Shown: positions 14,806 to 23,602 of the stretch, one piece after another | How the letters are laid out: every line of letters begins with the position of its first letter | How positions within the stretch are numbered: the stretch's first letter is position 1 | Assembly: GCA_030609975.1 (NCBI GenBank) | Contig: JAUWSR010000001.1 | Coordinates: 1 to 41,647, forward strand | Direction of reading: 5' to 3' | DNA from: Acidobacteriota bacterium | GTDB lineage: Bacteria > Acidobacteriota > Aminicenantia > Aminicenantales > Aminicenantaceae | Length of the DNA stretch: 41,647 nucleotides | Notes under the pieces: model-generated | The model's input: only the letters and a program-made list of their open reading frames with translations | The model's database searches: none | Told to the model about the DNA's origin: nothing | Made by a program: the position numbers and the translations under genes

Positions 14806-17721
14806 TCAGTACGCATAAGAAGAAGGACAGATATTCCGGAAATCGCAGTGAATGCAGTTGTGCCAGTTTGGCTTGGCAGGGAAATGTTTGTTCTTGATCC
14901 CTGTTTCCGCATCTGCGATCTTCTCTCGAGCACGCCTCAGTTCTTTCTCTCCTTTTCGAGCAAATCCCACGATATCCGATTCTAAAAAATGCAGTCGTGC
15001 CTCATAGACACTCCTATTCTGCGATTTGAGAAAAGAAAGGGCATACACTTCCATCTGCAGGCTGCTGCGCGTTCTTTTATCGGCTTCCTCCTGATCTTTT
15101 ACCTGGGTTGCTTTGAAATCAATGATGACCGGTCCTTCCGGGGTTTCATCCACTCTATCCCATCTTCCGGTAAAGCGGAGATCTCCTTCCTGCCATTTAA
15201 ACGGTTTCTCGAGATAGTGAGGCAGCATGTCAGAAGCCTCTTCCCGCTTGTAAAACATACGGAGCGCCCTCTCCCCTGCCCCCTTCTTCATCTCTTCGTG
15301 CTCTCGGCTGAGAAATCCCTCATTGATCCAGCGCCGCCGATACTCCTTGAGGAGCACCTTCTCGGCCAAAATTTGGCCTGTCTGACGTCCTTTTAGATAA
15401 AAATGGATGGTATCATGCAGCACCCTGCCATAGACCAGGTTGTAGTGGGGAAGGACTGGGATCTTGAAAAGATGCCGATAACTGTATTTGAGAGGGCATG
15501 TGAGGTAGTCGTCTACTTGAAAAAAGCTTAAGGAAAGGTATGTCCGCTCGCCCCTTGCAGGAGCGACTTCCGTGTGTTTGACCTCGGGCGAGAACCTTTT
15601 GATCTCCTCTAGGGCAGAGGCTCGTAGGGTTTCTTTGGGTATCTGTGAAAGGTCCAAAGCCTCCAAAACAAAAGGACTGACCTTTTTCAGCCTTTTAAGC
15701 CCAAAGTTTTGAGCCCAGGTCAAGAACAACACTTTTTTGGCTCTGGTCATACCGACATAAAACAGCCGCCTTTCCTCCTGTACAGCTCCCCATTCCTCCG
15801 GCATGTCTTCCGGATCGAAGTGCAGTTGGTCTTTGAGAACCGCATCCGGTATGACTATCTTCTCCTTGCGCTCTCTTCCCGGATATCGGTCTGCGATAAG
15901 GCCTACCAAAAAAACAATCGGGAATTCCAAGCCTTTGGCTTTGTGCACTGTCAGCACATTGACCGCCGCCTCTTCTAGCTCCGCTTCCGCTGAAGCAGGG
16001 TTGTCTCCCACCTGTTGCAGAAGATCCAGGTGCTGAGCAAAGGCGTGGATGGAGCCATCATCACTGATCTCGGAAAAGGCTTTGACTTTGTCAAAAAATA
16101 TGCGAACATTCTTTACCCGCAACTCCGAACTAAGGCTTTTATCCCCTATCAGAGACTTGAGGAATCCGGTACGCTCCAGAAAAGTATACAACACCTCTCC
16201 TGCATTACGCTCAGCAGCAAGTTCTACAAAATACAGGAGATCCTTGAACAGTTTTTTGACCACAGCCTTGGATTTTTCCGCAACGTCCACCGGTTCTTGA
16301 TCCCGAAAAATGGCTTGGAAAACCGAATGCAAACTTAAGTTTTTTTTATGCGCATAATTGGCAAGTATGGTGAGATCATAAGGAGAAAGATCATAGAGCT
16401 CAGAAAGCGCAAGGTGAAAAAGACTCCGGCTATCCTCAAAATTTGTCAGTGCTTTTAAAAACGCCACCAGGATTTTGATCTCATTCTGAGAGTACAACCC
16501 CCGGCTGCCTGAAAAACGGAAAGGGATCTCCCGCATATTCATGGCGCGCAAAAAAGGATCGGCATCCACATTCCTCCGTACCAAAAGAGCAAAATCACTG
16601 TATTGGCAGCCCTCCTTAATTTTATCTCGGATAACCTCAGCGACATGGTCGGCTTCGTGTGAAAGGGTGTCGAACTGCAGTTTGTGGATACTTTTTTTCT
16701 CACTTTTTATCATCGCTTGTAACGACTTGTCGATCTCCTCCCTCACTTCCAAGCGGTGCGGATTGTTGTATTGGATCAGAGTGTAGGCGGCATCCAGTAT
16801 TGCCTGAGTGGAACGGTAATTCTTATTGATAACCACCCTCTCCGCATCGGGATAGATCCGACTAAAATTCAGAATATTGCTCAAGGAAGCTCCCCGGAAA
16901 CGGAATATGCTCTGATCATCATCCCCTACGACCGTGATATTGTGGTGCTCGCCCGCCAGGAGCTTCAAAAGCTCAAACTGGATGAAGTTTGTATCTTGAA
17001 ATTCATCCACCAGGATGTATCTGTATTTACCCTGATATTCCTTGAGGACCGAAGGCCGAGTGCGGAAGAGCTCGACCACTAGATTCACTTGATCTTCAAA
17101 ATCGATCAAACCCTTAAATTTAAGCAGTCTTTGGTAAGCCTTGTAGACCAAAGCCAATTCTTGATGTTTGAGCGCCACTTCCAGCGCCGCATCGTCCTCA
17201 GCCTTTTTTTTTGCATCCCGGGCATAGTCAAGATAGATCTCCGGTTTTACATCCTCTTGTTTAAGCTTCCGGAGGGCTTTTAACAATTCCTGGATATGTT
17301 TGGTGGGATTTCCCAAAGGACGGTAATATTTTAGGGGAATACGGAACAGATTTTCCCTAAAGAAAATGGCCTGCTCCACATCATCCAACAGCCTGAAAGC
17401 CAGATTGTACCCTAACTCATGGGCATAGTTACGGAGCACCCGCTCCCCGAAAGAATTAAAGGTACTGATCTCAACAAAGGAATAACTGTAGGGGATCAAA
17501 CGATCGACACGTTCCTCCATCTCATTGGCCGCCTTTTCCGTAAAGGTAACGGCTAATATTTCTTCCGGTCTAGCCAGCTTCTTGGCAATGAGATAGGCGA
17601 TCCGATGAGTAATTACTTTGGTTTTACCGGTTCCTGCGCCGGCTATGATCAAAAGCGGCCCTCGCCCAAACGTCACCGCCCTTTTTTGTTCTTTATTTAA
17701 TCCTTCTAAGAGCTTGTCCAT
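14806..17721 (-). CDS. UvrD/PcrA-family SF1 helicase fused to a C-terminal PD-(D/E)XK (RecB/Cas4-like) nuclease with a four-Cys cluster
   Basis: 971 aa. Walker A AGAGTGKT, motif II LVDEFQDTN, VHKAKGLEF, YVGMTRAK. Nuclease motifs in the C-terminal domain are GRWDRVD, IIDFKAT and QMEVYAL, with cysteines CPLKYSY...CIHCDFRNIC. Confidence 0.85.
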   Translation of the reverse strand: MDKLLEGLNKEQKRAVTFGRGPLLIIAGAGTGKTKVITHRIAYLIAKKLARPEEILAVTFTEKAANEMEERVDRLIPYSYSFVEISTFNSFGERVLRNYAHELGYNLAFRLLDDVEQAIFFRENLFRIPLKYYRPLGNPTKHIQELLKALRKLKQEDVKPEIYLDYARDAKKKAEDDAALEVALKHQELALVYKAYQRLLKFKGLIDFEDQVNLVVELFRTRPSVLKEYQGKYRYILVDEFQDTNFIQFELLKLLAGEHHNITVVGDDDQSIFRFRGASLSNILNFSRIYPDAERVVINKNYRSTQAILDAAYTLIQYNNPHRLEVREEIDKSLQAMIKSEKKSIHKLQFDTLSHEADHVAEVIRDKIKEGCQYSDFALLVRRNVDADPFLRAMNMREIPFRFSGSRGLYSQNEIKILVAFLKALTNFEDSRSLFHLALSELYDLSPYDLTILANYAHKKNLSLHSVFQAIFRDQEPVDVAEKSKAVVKKLFKDLLYFVELAAERNAGEVLYTFLERTGFLKSLIGDKSLSSELRVKNVRIFFDKVKAFSEISDDGSIHAFAQHLDLLQQVGDNPASAEAELEEAAVNVLTVHKAKGLEFPIVFLVGLIADRYPGRERKEKIVIPDAVLKDQLHFDPEDMPEEWGAVQEERRLFYVGMTRAKKVLFLTWAQNFGLKRLKKVSPFVLEALDLSQIPKETLRASALEEIKRFSPEVKHTEVAPARGERTYLSLSFFQVDDYLTCPLKYSYRHLFKIPVLPHYNLVYGRVLHDTIHFYLKGRQTGQILAEKVLLKEYRRRWINEGFLSREHEEMKKGAGERALRMFYKREEASDMLPHYLEKPFKWQEGDLRFTGRWDRVDETPEGPVIIDFKATQVKDQEEADKRTRSSLQMEVYALSFLKSQNRSVYEARLHFLESDIVGFARKGEKELRRAREKIADAETGIKNKHFPAKPNWHNCIHCDFRNICPSSYAY

Positions 17722-17785
17722 GGCTTGTTCTTGGCGGCAGAAATCAGGCGCCAGGTTAATTGTGTCTTAAAACGCGGGAGAGGAT

Positions 17786-18085
17786 TTATTTGATAATGAC
17801 CCGTTCTCCTGGGTCCATCAACCAAAGCTTTTCCCGTGCCTTCTGATCGACAGCTAAGGGATTGGATTCCAGTTCATAGATCTCTCTCAGCAGCTGGTCT
17901 CTTTCACTCGTAAGCCGGTCGACCTCCTGGACCAGCAGCTTTTTTCTCTGCTGTACTCGATAGATCTCGAGCAGTCCTCTCTCGCCAAAAAAAGATGCGA
18001 TCACCAAAACTAAAAAGAGAAAAGTCACACCCCCGAAAAACAGTTTCTTTTTAAAAGAGAGGGTTTCCTTCTCTTTTCGAGGCAT
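17786..18085 (-). CDS. ftsB: Septum formation initiator FtsB/DivIC-like protein
   Basis: Trimmed to the ATG at 18085-18083 (99 aa), MPRKEKETLSFKKKLFFGGVTFLFLVLVIASFF. One TM helix plus a coiled coil. TAATG stop/start overlap with the upstream gene. Confidence 0.7.
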   Translation of the reverse strand: MPRKEKETLSFKKKLFFGGVTFLFLVLVIASFFGERGLLEIYRVQQRKKLLVQEVDRLTSERDQLLREIYELESNPLAVDQKAREKLWLMDPGERVIIK

Positions 18086-19491
18086 TATCCCAGAAGCTCC
18101 AATCCAGACTTGATCAATCTTGCCAACTCCGCCTCTGTCCCGGCTTCGGCGTAACAGCGGATAAGGGGTACTGTCCCAGATAGGCGCAGCAAGCACCAAT
18201 CGTCACCGTCAAAATCCAGTTTCAGGCCATCAATGGTCTCTATATTCAGGATCTCTCGTCCCCCCAGCTTACGCGGCGGCTTCTTGATCAACCGCTTCAG
18301 GCGTTTTTCCCTTTCCGCCGTCAAGGGCACATCTCGATGTTCACCCTCCAAATTGCCATATTTTTCAAAAAGACCTTCTATCTGCTGGGAAAGACTGCCG
18401 CCTTTAGCGGCCAGCATTTCAGCAACCAATAATCCCGCCATGATCCCATCTTTTTCAGGAAGATGATCCTTGATGACCAGACAAGCACTCTCTTCGCCTC
18501 CAAAGATAATCTGATTCTTCAAGAAAAGATCGGCCAGGAACTTAAATCCAACCTTCGTTTTAAAAAGAGGCAGATCGTATTTTCGAGCGATCCTGTCGAT
18601 AAAGTGGGTAGTGGCGATCGACCTCGCTACTCCACCTTTCCATCCTTTCTCCGTGACAAAATAGTCCAGGAGCAGGGCCAGCACCAAGTTCTGCTCGACA
18701 AAATTCCCCTTCTCGTCCAAGATCCCAAACCGGTCCCCATCCGCATCAGTGGCTACGCCGAAGTGACACTGTTGCTCTAGAATCAGAGACTTGAGCTCTC
18801 CCAGATTTTCCTCTGTGCAGGAAGGAGTTATGCCTCCAAAATAGGGATCGATGTACCCATGAATCTCCTCAAACGAGATTTGGTTCTCCTCCAATATCTC
18901 ATCCAGGTACTCCCGGCTGGTTCCAAAAAGAAGATCGACAGCGATCTTGATACCGGATCTTCGGATGAGGTTAAAATCCACTTTGTCTTGGATATATGCC
19001 AGATAGTCTGACTGCAGATCGATTTTCTCGATAAACTCGACCCGGGGATAAAACGGACAAAAGGCAGAGCTCCCCTGCAGACTCTGGATCTCCGCTTCGA
19101 TCCGGTCTGTTTCCTCCGGCAGGGCGGGAGCTCCGGATTCTACGTTGTATTTGAGGCCATTGTATTCCGGGGGGTTGAAAGAAGCCGTAAAGTTGATGCC
19201 GGCATGCAGTTTTCTCTTTATGATCTGCACAGCCTGTGCCTGGGAGGGAGCATCTCGATCTGAAAGAAAGACATGGATCTGATTGTGAGAAAATACCTTG
19301 GCTGCCTCAAAGGCAAATCGTTCCGAAAGAAAACGGGTGTCATAATTGACAACAACCGAGATCTTTTCGTTCGGGAATTTTTGATGCAGAATGTTGGCAA
19401 TGGCTTGGACGACCGTCCGAACATTCTGAAAAGTGAACTCTTCCCCCATGACTGCCCGCCATCCTGAAGTGCCGAACCTGATCATGGTCAT
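18085..19491 (-). CDS. Phosphoglucomutase/phosphomannomutase family protein
   Basis: 468 aa. FGTSGWR, phosphoserine loop FTASFNPPEYNGLK (normally SHNP), metal loop ATDADGDR, sugar loop GGEESA, phosphate loop RLSGTVP. Confidence 0.85.
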   Translation of the reverse strand: MTMIRFGTSGWRAVMGEEFTFQNVRTVVQAIANILHQKFPNEKISVVVNYDTRFLSERFAFEAAKVFSHNQIHVFLSDRDAPSQAQAVQIIKRKLHAGINFTASFNPPEYNGLKYNVESGAPALPEETDRIEAEIQSLQGSSAFCPFYPRVEFIEKIDLQSDYLAYIQDKVDFNLIRRSGIKIAVDLLFGTSREYLDEILEENQISFEEIHGYIDPYFGGITPSCTEENLGELKSLILEQQCHFGVATDADGDRFGILDEKGNFVEQNLVLALLLDYFVTEKGWKGGVARSIATTHFIDRIARKYDLPLFKTKVGFKFLADLFLKNQIIFGGEESACLVIKDHLPEKDGIMAGLLVAEMLAAKGGSLSQQIEGLFEKYGNLEGEHRDVPLTAEREKRLKRLIKKPPRKLGGREILNIETIDGLKLDFDGDDWCLLRLSGTVPLIRCYAEAGTEAELARLIKSGLELLG

Positions 19492-19601
19492 CCTTTCCCA
19501 TAGTTAACATAAGTCCTCGGGAAAAGCAATACATAATTAGAAGTAGAAACGCCCCCATTTCTAATAAAAAAATAGTGACATATCTCGCTTTACTATTGAG
19601 T

Positions 19602-19655
19602 AGAGTTTATGTTTAAAATTCTCCACCCCATGCGATTCGAATGAACATAAACTCT
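19602..19655. repeat. 12-bp perfect inverted repeat with a 30-nt loop, downstream of pcm
   Basis: AGAGTTTATGTT (19602-19613) and AACATAAACTCT (19644-19655). Neither strand has a flanking T-run, so I do not call it a terminator. Confidence 0.4.
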
Positions 19656-19678
19656 GCTCTTATCGAAATATGGATATC

Positions 19679-20401
19679 TCATTTTATTTTAGTGGTCATA
19701 GGGACAAAACGAACCCCGGAGATCTGCTTGGTTTGAGCTTCCCCTTCGATCTTGGTGATAACCGTTAGAACCTGATAAGTCGCAGGATCGCCCAAGGGAA
19801 GCACCAGTTTTCCCCCTTCATTCAGCTGATCAAAAAGTTCACGTGGAATCTCAGGGGTTGCACAGGTGACGATGATGGCATCAAAGGGGGATTCGTCCTG
19901 CCAACCCGTATGACCATCGCTCCATTTGATCCGGACCTGATCATAGCCAAGCTCCTTCAAGGTGTTGGAGGCTCTCTCCGCCAACTCTTGGATAATCTCG
20001 ACACTGAAGACAAAATCGCTCAAATGCGCCAGGACTGCAGCCTGGTATCCGGAGCCAGTCCCAATCTCCAAGACCTTATCTTCTGTTTGTATCTCTAGAA
20101 GCTGAGTCATGAGGGCAACGATATATGGTTGGGAAATGGTCTGACCATCACCGATGGGCAAAGGATGATCTGCATAGGCAAGCTCCCGGTAAGCCGAGCT
20201 GACAAAAAGATGACGGGGGACAGTCCCCATGGCTTCTAGAACTCTCTTGTCGGAGATATCACGCGCAGCAAGCTGCTGTTTCACCATCCGCTTGCGAAGC
20301 TGGGCAAAGGTCTTCTCCTCAGCACCTGCAGAGCAAGCCGACAGGAACCAGAAGCAGGCAATCCCTAAAACCATTCCACCTAAGACAGCTTGTTTCTTCA
20401 T
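19679..20401 (-). CDS. pcm: Protein-L-isoaspartate O-methyltransferase with an N-terminal lipoprotein-type signal peptide
   Basis: Start trimmed to the ATG at 20401-20399 (AGAGGGGA SD), 240 aa. MKKQAVLGGMVLGIACFWFLSAC has a lipobox. Other motifs: QTISQPYIVA and the SAM motif VLEIGTGSGYQAAVLA. Confidence 0.85.
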   Translation of the reverse strand: MKKQAVLGGMVLGIACFWFLSACSAGAEEKTFAQLRKRMVKQQLAARDISDKRVLEAMGTVPRHLFVSSAYRELAYADHPLPIGDGQTISQPYIVALMTQLLEIQTEDKVLEIGTGSGYQAAVLAHLSDFVFSVEIIQELAERASNTLKELGYDQVRIKWSDGHTGWQDESPFDAIIVTCATPEIPRELFDQLNEGGKLVLPLGDPATYQVLTVITKIEGEAQTKQISGVRFVPMTTKIK

Positions 20402-20666
20402 GTCCCCTCTCTTATTCCTTATAAAGTCATTTAAAGTCATTGCGAGGAGCGCAGCGACGAAGCAACCTCATCTAAATATATATTAAGTCCAAAACCTCGA
20501 TCAGTAAAGGTAGCATTTACAAAAAATTGTTCATTCCTAGCTCCTCCTCACCTTTAGGGGGGATACAACAGGCCCAAAATATCACCTCATCATTCCCCGC
20601 TGGGGGTGATTGACGCCTATAAGGAGTTTTGCCAGTATTAGAGGCAATCATCAGCAAGGAATATGC

Positions 20667-21308
20667 ATGTTTAAAGAGCGATTCACAATTCGGCGAATCA
20701 TCCTCCTCATACCGCTCTTCATCTTCGCTTTTTTTAATTTGACAAAGATAATTTTATTTGATAATTACATAGACAACCCAAGCTATGCCGCTAATTGTGA
20801 TTTTATGGAGATGAAAGCCGTTTACCCTGGATTTTTTGATCCTATTACGAACGGACACGTCGATATAATCCATCGGGGGTTAAAAGTTTTTGATCGAATT
20901 GTGGTGGCTGTTTTAGAAAATCCCAAGAAACAGCCGCTCTTTACGACTAAAGAAAGAGTAGATAAGATCAAAAGCAATTTTCGCGACCTGAAACAAGTGG
21001 AAGTACTATCTTTCCACGGTCTGTTAGTGGACTTCGCGAAGAACATGCAAGCACAAGTGATAATGAGAGGATTACGAGCGATATCTGATTTCGAGTATGA
21101 GTTCCAGATGGCTCTTATGAACCGGAAACTCGACCCGGAAATCGAGACCTTCTTCATGACACCTTCCGTTAATTATTCATTTCTCAGCTCCAATTTGGTT
21201 AAAGAGGTTTCACTGCTGGGAGGATGTCTGGAAGGATTGGTTCCGCCAGATGTCGAAAAAAAGCTTCGGGAAAAGTTCAATAACGATCCGAATGTAACTT
21301 TAATATAA
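20667..21308 (+). CDS. coaD: Phosphopantetheine adenylyltransferase. The conserved core starts at 20811; an in-frame upstream extension may or may not be translated.
   Basis: Core MKAVYPGFFDPITNGHVDIIHRG...ISDFEYEFQMALMNR (165 aa from the ATG at 20811). The frame is open back to 20610. The ATG at 20667 has AAGGA-N6 and would add 48 aa including a TM-like helix, IILLIPLFIFAFFNLTKIILF. The ATGs at 20805 and 20811 have no well-spaced SD. Confidence 0.85.
   Translation: MFKERFTIRRIILLIPLFIFAFFNLTKIILFDNYIDNPSYAANCDFMEMKAVYPGFFDPITNGHVDIIHRGLKVFDRIVVAVLENPKKQPLFTTKERVDKIKSNFRDLKQVEVLSFHGLLVDFAKNMQAQVIMRGLRAISDFEYEFQMALMNRKLDPEIETFFMTPSVNYSFLSSNLVKEVSLLGGCLEGLVPPDVEKKLREKFNNDPNVTLI
20739..20767 (+). 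promoter_or_regulatory. Candidate sigma-70 promoter inside the coaD upstream extension (conflicts with the long coaD model)
   Basis: TTGACA at 20739-20744, then either GATAAT at 20760-20765 (15-nt spacer) or TAATTA at 20762-20767 (17-nt spacer). Lies about 40 nt upstream of the conserved CoaD start. Confidence 0.35.
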
Positions 21309-21320
21309 AAGGAAATAACA

Positions 21321-22400
21321 ATGCTTGGAATCAGCCGAGGAAAAGATTTGATTGGGCTTGACATCGGCTCCTATTCCATCAAGGCCGTCGAATTAAGATC
21401 TAAGAAGAAAGATGGCGAGGATGCATACGAGCTGAAAAAGATCGGGTATGAACTCCTCCCTCATGATGCCATTGTGGAAGGGACCGTCATCGATTCCGCT
21501 GCAGTAGTCGAAACCATAAAAATGGTTTTCGACGAGAACAAGATCGCCAACAAGAACGTTGCCATCTCCATCTCCGGCAACTCCGTGATCATCAAGAAGA
21601 TCTCGCTGCCTGCAATGGAACCTGAAGAACTCGCCGAGTCCATCATCTGGGAGGCAAAGCACAACATTCCCTACCCCTTCGAGGAAACCAACGTCGACTA
21701 CGCAATCCTGACTCCTCCCGACAATGCGGAGGGAAAACACCTGGATATCCTCCTCGTGGCTGCAAAAAAAGACAAGATCGCCAACTACAGCAATGTCATC
21801 CATCAGTCCCGCAAAAACCTGGAATCCATTGAAGTGGACGTATTCGCTCTCCAGAATGCCATGGAGGTCAACTATCCGGAGATCATTCACGATAAGACCT
21901 TCGCGATCGTCAATCTGGGAGCAAATATCACCAACGTCATCATCATCGAAAAAGCGGTCCCGCAGCTGTTCCGCGATCTCTCTTTGGGGGGATCGTTCTT
22001 CACTGAGAACTTGAGCAAAGATCTGAACATCAGCTTCGATGATGCCGAAAAACTTTTAAAAGGTCTGCCCGTACAGAATGTCCAGCCGGAGCAGCTTCAG
22101 ACGGTTCTGAACATGAACATACAGAACCTGATGGAGGAGATTGAAAAGACCTTTTCCTTTTATGAGGCCGGCGAACAGAGTGAGAAGAAGATCGAATTTA
22201 TCTTTCTGAGCGGCGGCCTCTCCAAACTGAAAGAGCTCCAGATCAGCTTCGAACAAAAGTTTAACATAAAAACCGAGTCCTTGAATCCTTTTCGAAAGAT
22301 CGATTTTGACGAAAAAAAGTTTGATTCCATCTACTTCGAAGAGATGGCCCCGTTGTTCGGGGTCGCCATGGGACTCGCCACTCGAAAAATGGACAAATAG
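21321..22400 (+). CDS. pilM: Type IV pilus assembly protein PilM (actin-like ATPase fold)
   Basis: 359 aa, LIGLDIGSYSIKAVEL..., an FtsA/PilM-like fold. AAGGAAA SD; starts 12 nt after coaD. Confidence 0.85.
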   Translation: MLGISRGKDLIGLDIGSYSIKAVELRSKKKDGEDAYELKKIGYELLPHDAIVEGTVIDSAAVVETIKMVFDENKIANKNVAISISGNSVIIKKISLPAMEPEELAESIIWEAKHNIPYPFEETNVDYAILTPPDNAEGKHLDILLVAAKKDKIANYSNVIHQSRKNLESIEVDVFALQNAMEVNYPEIIHDKTFAIVNLGANITNVIIIEKAVPQLFRDLSLGGSFFTENLSKDLNISFDDAEKLLKGLPVQNVQPEQLQTVLNMNIQNLMEEIEKTFSFYEAGEQSEKKIEFIFLSGGLSKLKELQISFEQKFNIKTESLNPFRKIDFDEKKFDSIYFEEMAPLFGVAMGLATRKMDK

Positions 22401-22403
22401 ACA

Positions 22404-23024
22404 ATGATCCGGATTAACTTATTAAAACCTGACAAGAAAGAGGTCAAAGAGGCGCCGTTTGCGGCTCCTCCGGTGGAGTTTAAGGAGAAGAGAAGAACAC
22501 CGCTGTGGGGTTTGATACTGTTGGTAGCCATAGCGGCCATTGTGGTCCTCTTCTTCTACCTGCGTGGTGAAATGACAAAGGAGCAAGATCTGCTGGCCCA
22601 AGCTCAAGAAGAGAAGCAAAGCCTCCAATATGTCGTTGCTAAATTGGATGAGCTTGAAAAACAACGCGATCTCCTGCAGAGGAAAATCAGGCTTATACAA
22701 GATCTCAAGGCTATCCAGCCTAGCGCAGTCATCATCATGGACGAACTCAGCAAACATCTGCCGGAATGGGTATGGCTTACAGAAACGACCTATAGCGGGA
22801 TGAACGTCCGGCTAAAGGGAAGATCTGTTTCCAACAACCTGTTGGCGGACTACATCCACAATCTGGAAGAGAGTCCGTTTTTTCAAGATGTGAACCTGAT
22901 TTCTTCCATACAACGCAGAACCAGAAACGATTCCTTCTATGAGTTTTCGCTCTCGACCCGTTTCCTTCCACCACGATCTGAATCAGAGACTCAAAGCACG
23001 ACCGCCGAAGGGGGGCAAAAATGA
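22404..23024 (+). CDS. pilN: Type IV pilus assembly protein PilN
   Basis: 206 aa. MIRINLLKPDKK, a single TM helix, a coiled coil and a C-terminal ferredoxin-like domain. Position after pilM. Confidence 0.75.
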   Translation: MIRINLLKPDKKEVKEAPFAAPPVEFKEKRRTPLWGLILLVAIAAIVVLFFYLRGEMTKEQDLLAQAQEEKQSLQYVVAKLDELEKQRDLLQRKIRLIQDLKAIQPSAVIIMDELSKHLPEWVWLTETTYSGMNVRLKGRSVSNNLLADYIHNLEESPFFQDVNLISSIQRRTRNDSFYEFSLSTRFLPPRSESETQSTTAEGGQK

Positions 23025-23602
23025 GAGATTGGCCCTGGTACAGCTACATCGTCGTAGCAGCGCTCATTTTCGGGCTGTTTTACTTCTTTTATTACAAGCC
23101 TCAAAATGAAGAGCTGCAGAGTATAAGAGAAGAACGGATAAAGACTGAAGCGGAAGTTGCAGAGCTTCAAAAAAAGAAAGAGGAGTTGGATAAAATAGAA
23201 GCTGAACTCGAGACCTTGAACGTTAAGCTTCGAGAGTTGGAAACCATCATCCCCCAAGAAGAAGAAATCGATGTGATCCTTAGCCGCATCCAACAACTGG
23301 CTTTCGATTCCCGCCTGAATATCGAAAAATTCATTCCTAAGGCTTTGATCGATCAAGAATTCTTCTCAGAAAAGCCCATCACCATCGAGATCACCGGAAA
23401 TTATCACAACCTGGCGATCTTCTTCAACCGGTTGAGCAATTTCGCCCGCCTCTTCATCATCGAGAACTTTAGCATCAAAGCCTCCAGAGACCAAACAGAT
23501 ACCAATACCATTACTGCGGCCACTACTGCCAAGACGTTCATCTTCAGACAGGAGGAGCCGGCCGCAGAAGAGAGCCAACAGCCGGCGAGGAAAAGACAAT
23601 GA
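23021..23602 (+). CDS. pilO: Type IV pilus assembly protein PilO
   Basis: 193 aa. TM helix, coiled coil, ITGNYHNLAIFFNRLSNFARLFIIENFSI. 4-nt overlaps on both sides. Confidence 0.7.
   Translation: MRDWPWYSYIVVAALIFGLFYFFYYKPQNEELQSIREERIKTEAEVAELQKKKEELDKIEAELETLNVKLRELETIIPQEEEIDVILSRIQQLAFDSRLNIEKFIPKALIDQEFFSEKPITIEITGNYHNLAIFFNRLSNFARLFIIENFSIKASRDQTDTNTITAATTAKTFIFRQEEPAAEESQQPARKRQ

Noticed and set aside
20438-20469. GC-rich segment CATTGCGAGGAGCGCAGCGACGAAGCAACCTC just upstream of pcm. It reminded me of short dispersed GC-rich repeats that produce spurious LLAMT / ARSAATKQ-type peptides in many uncultured-bacterium genomes.
   Set aside because: Only one copy is in the window, and I could find no convincing self-complementarity beyond TTGC/GCAA and GAGG/CCTC ends. 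The resemblance is from memory only. A genome-wide repeat search would be needed.
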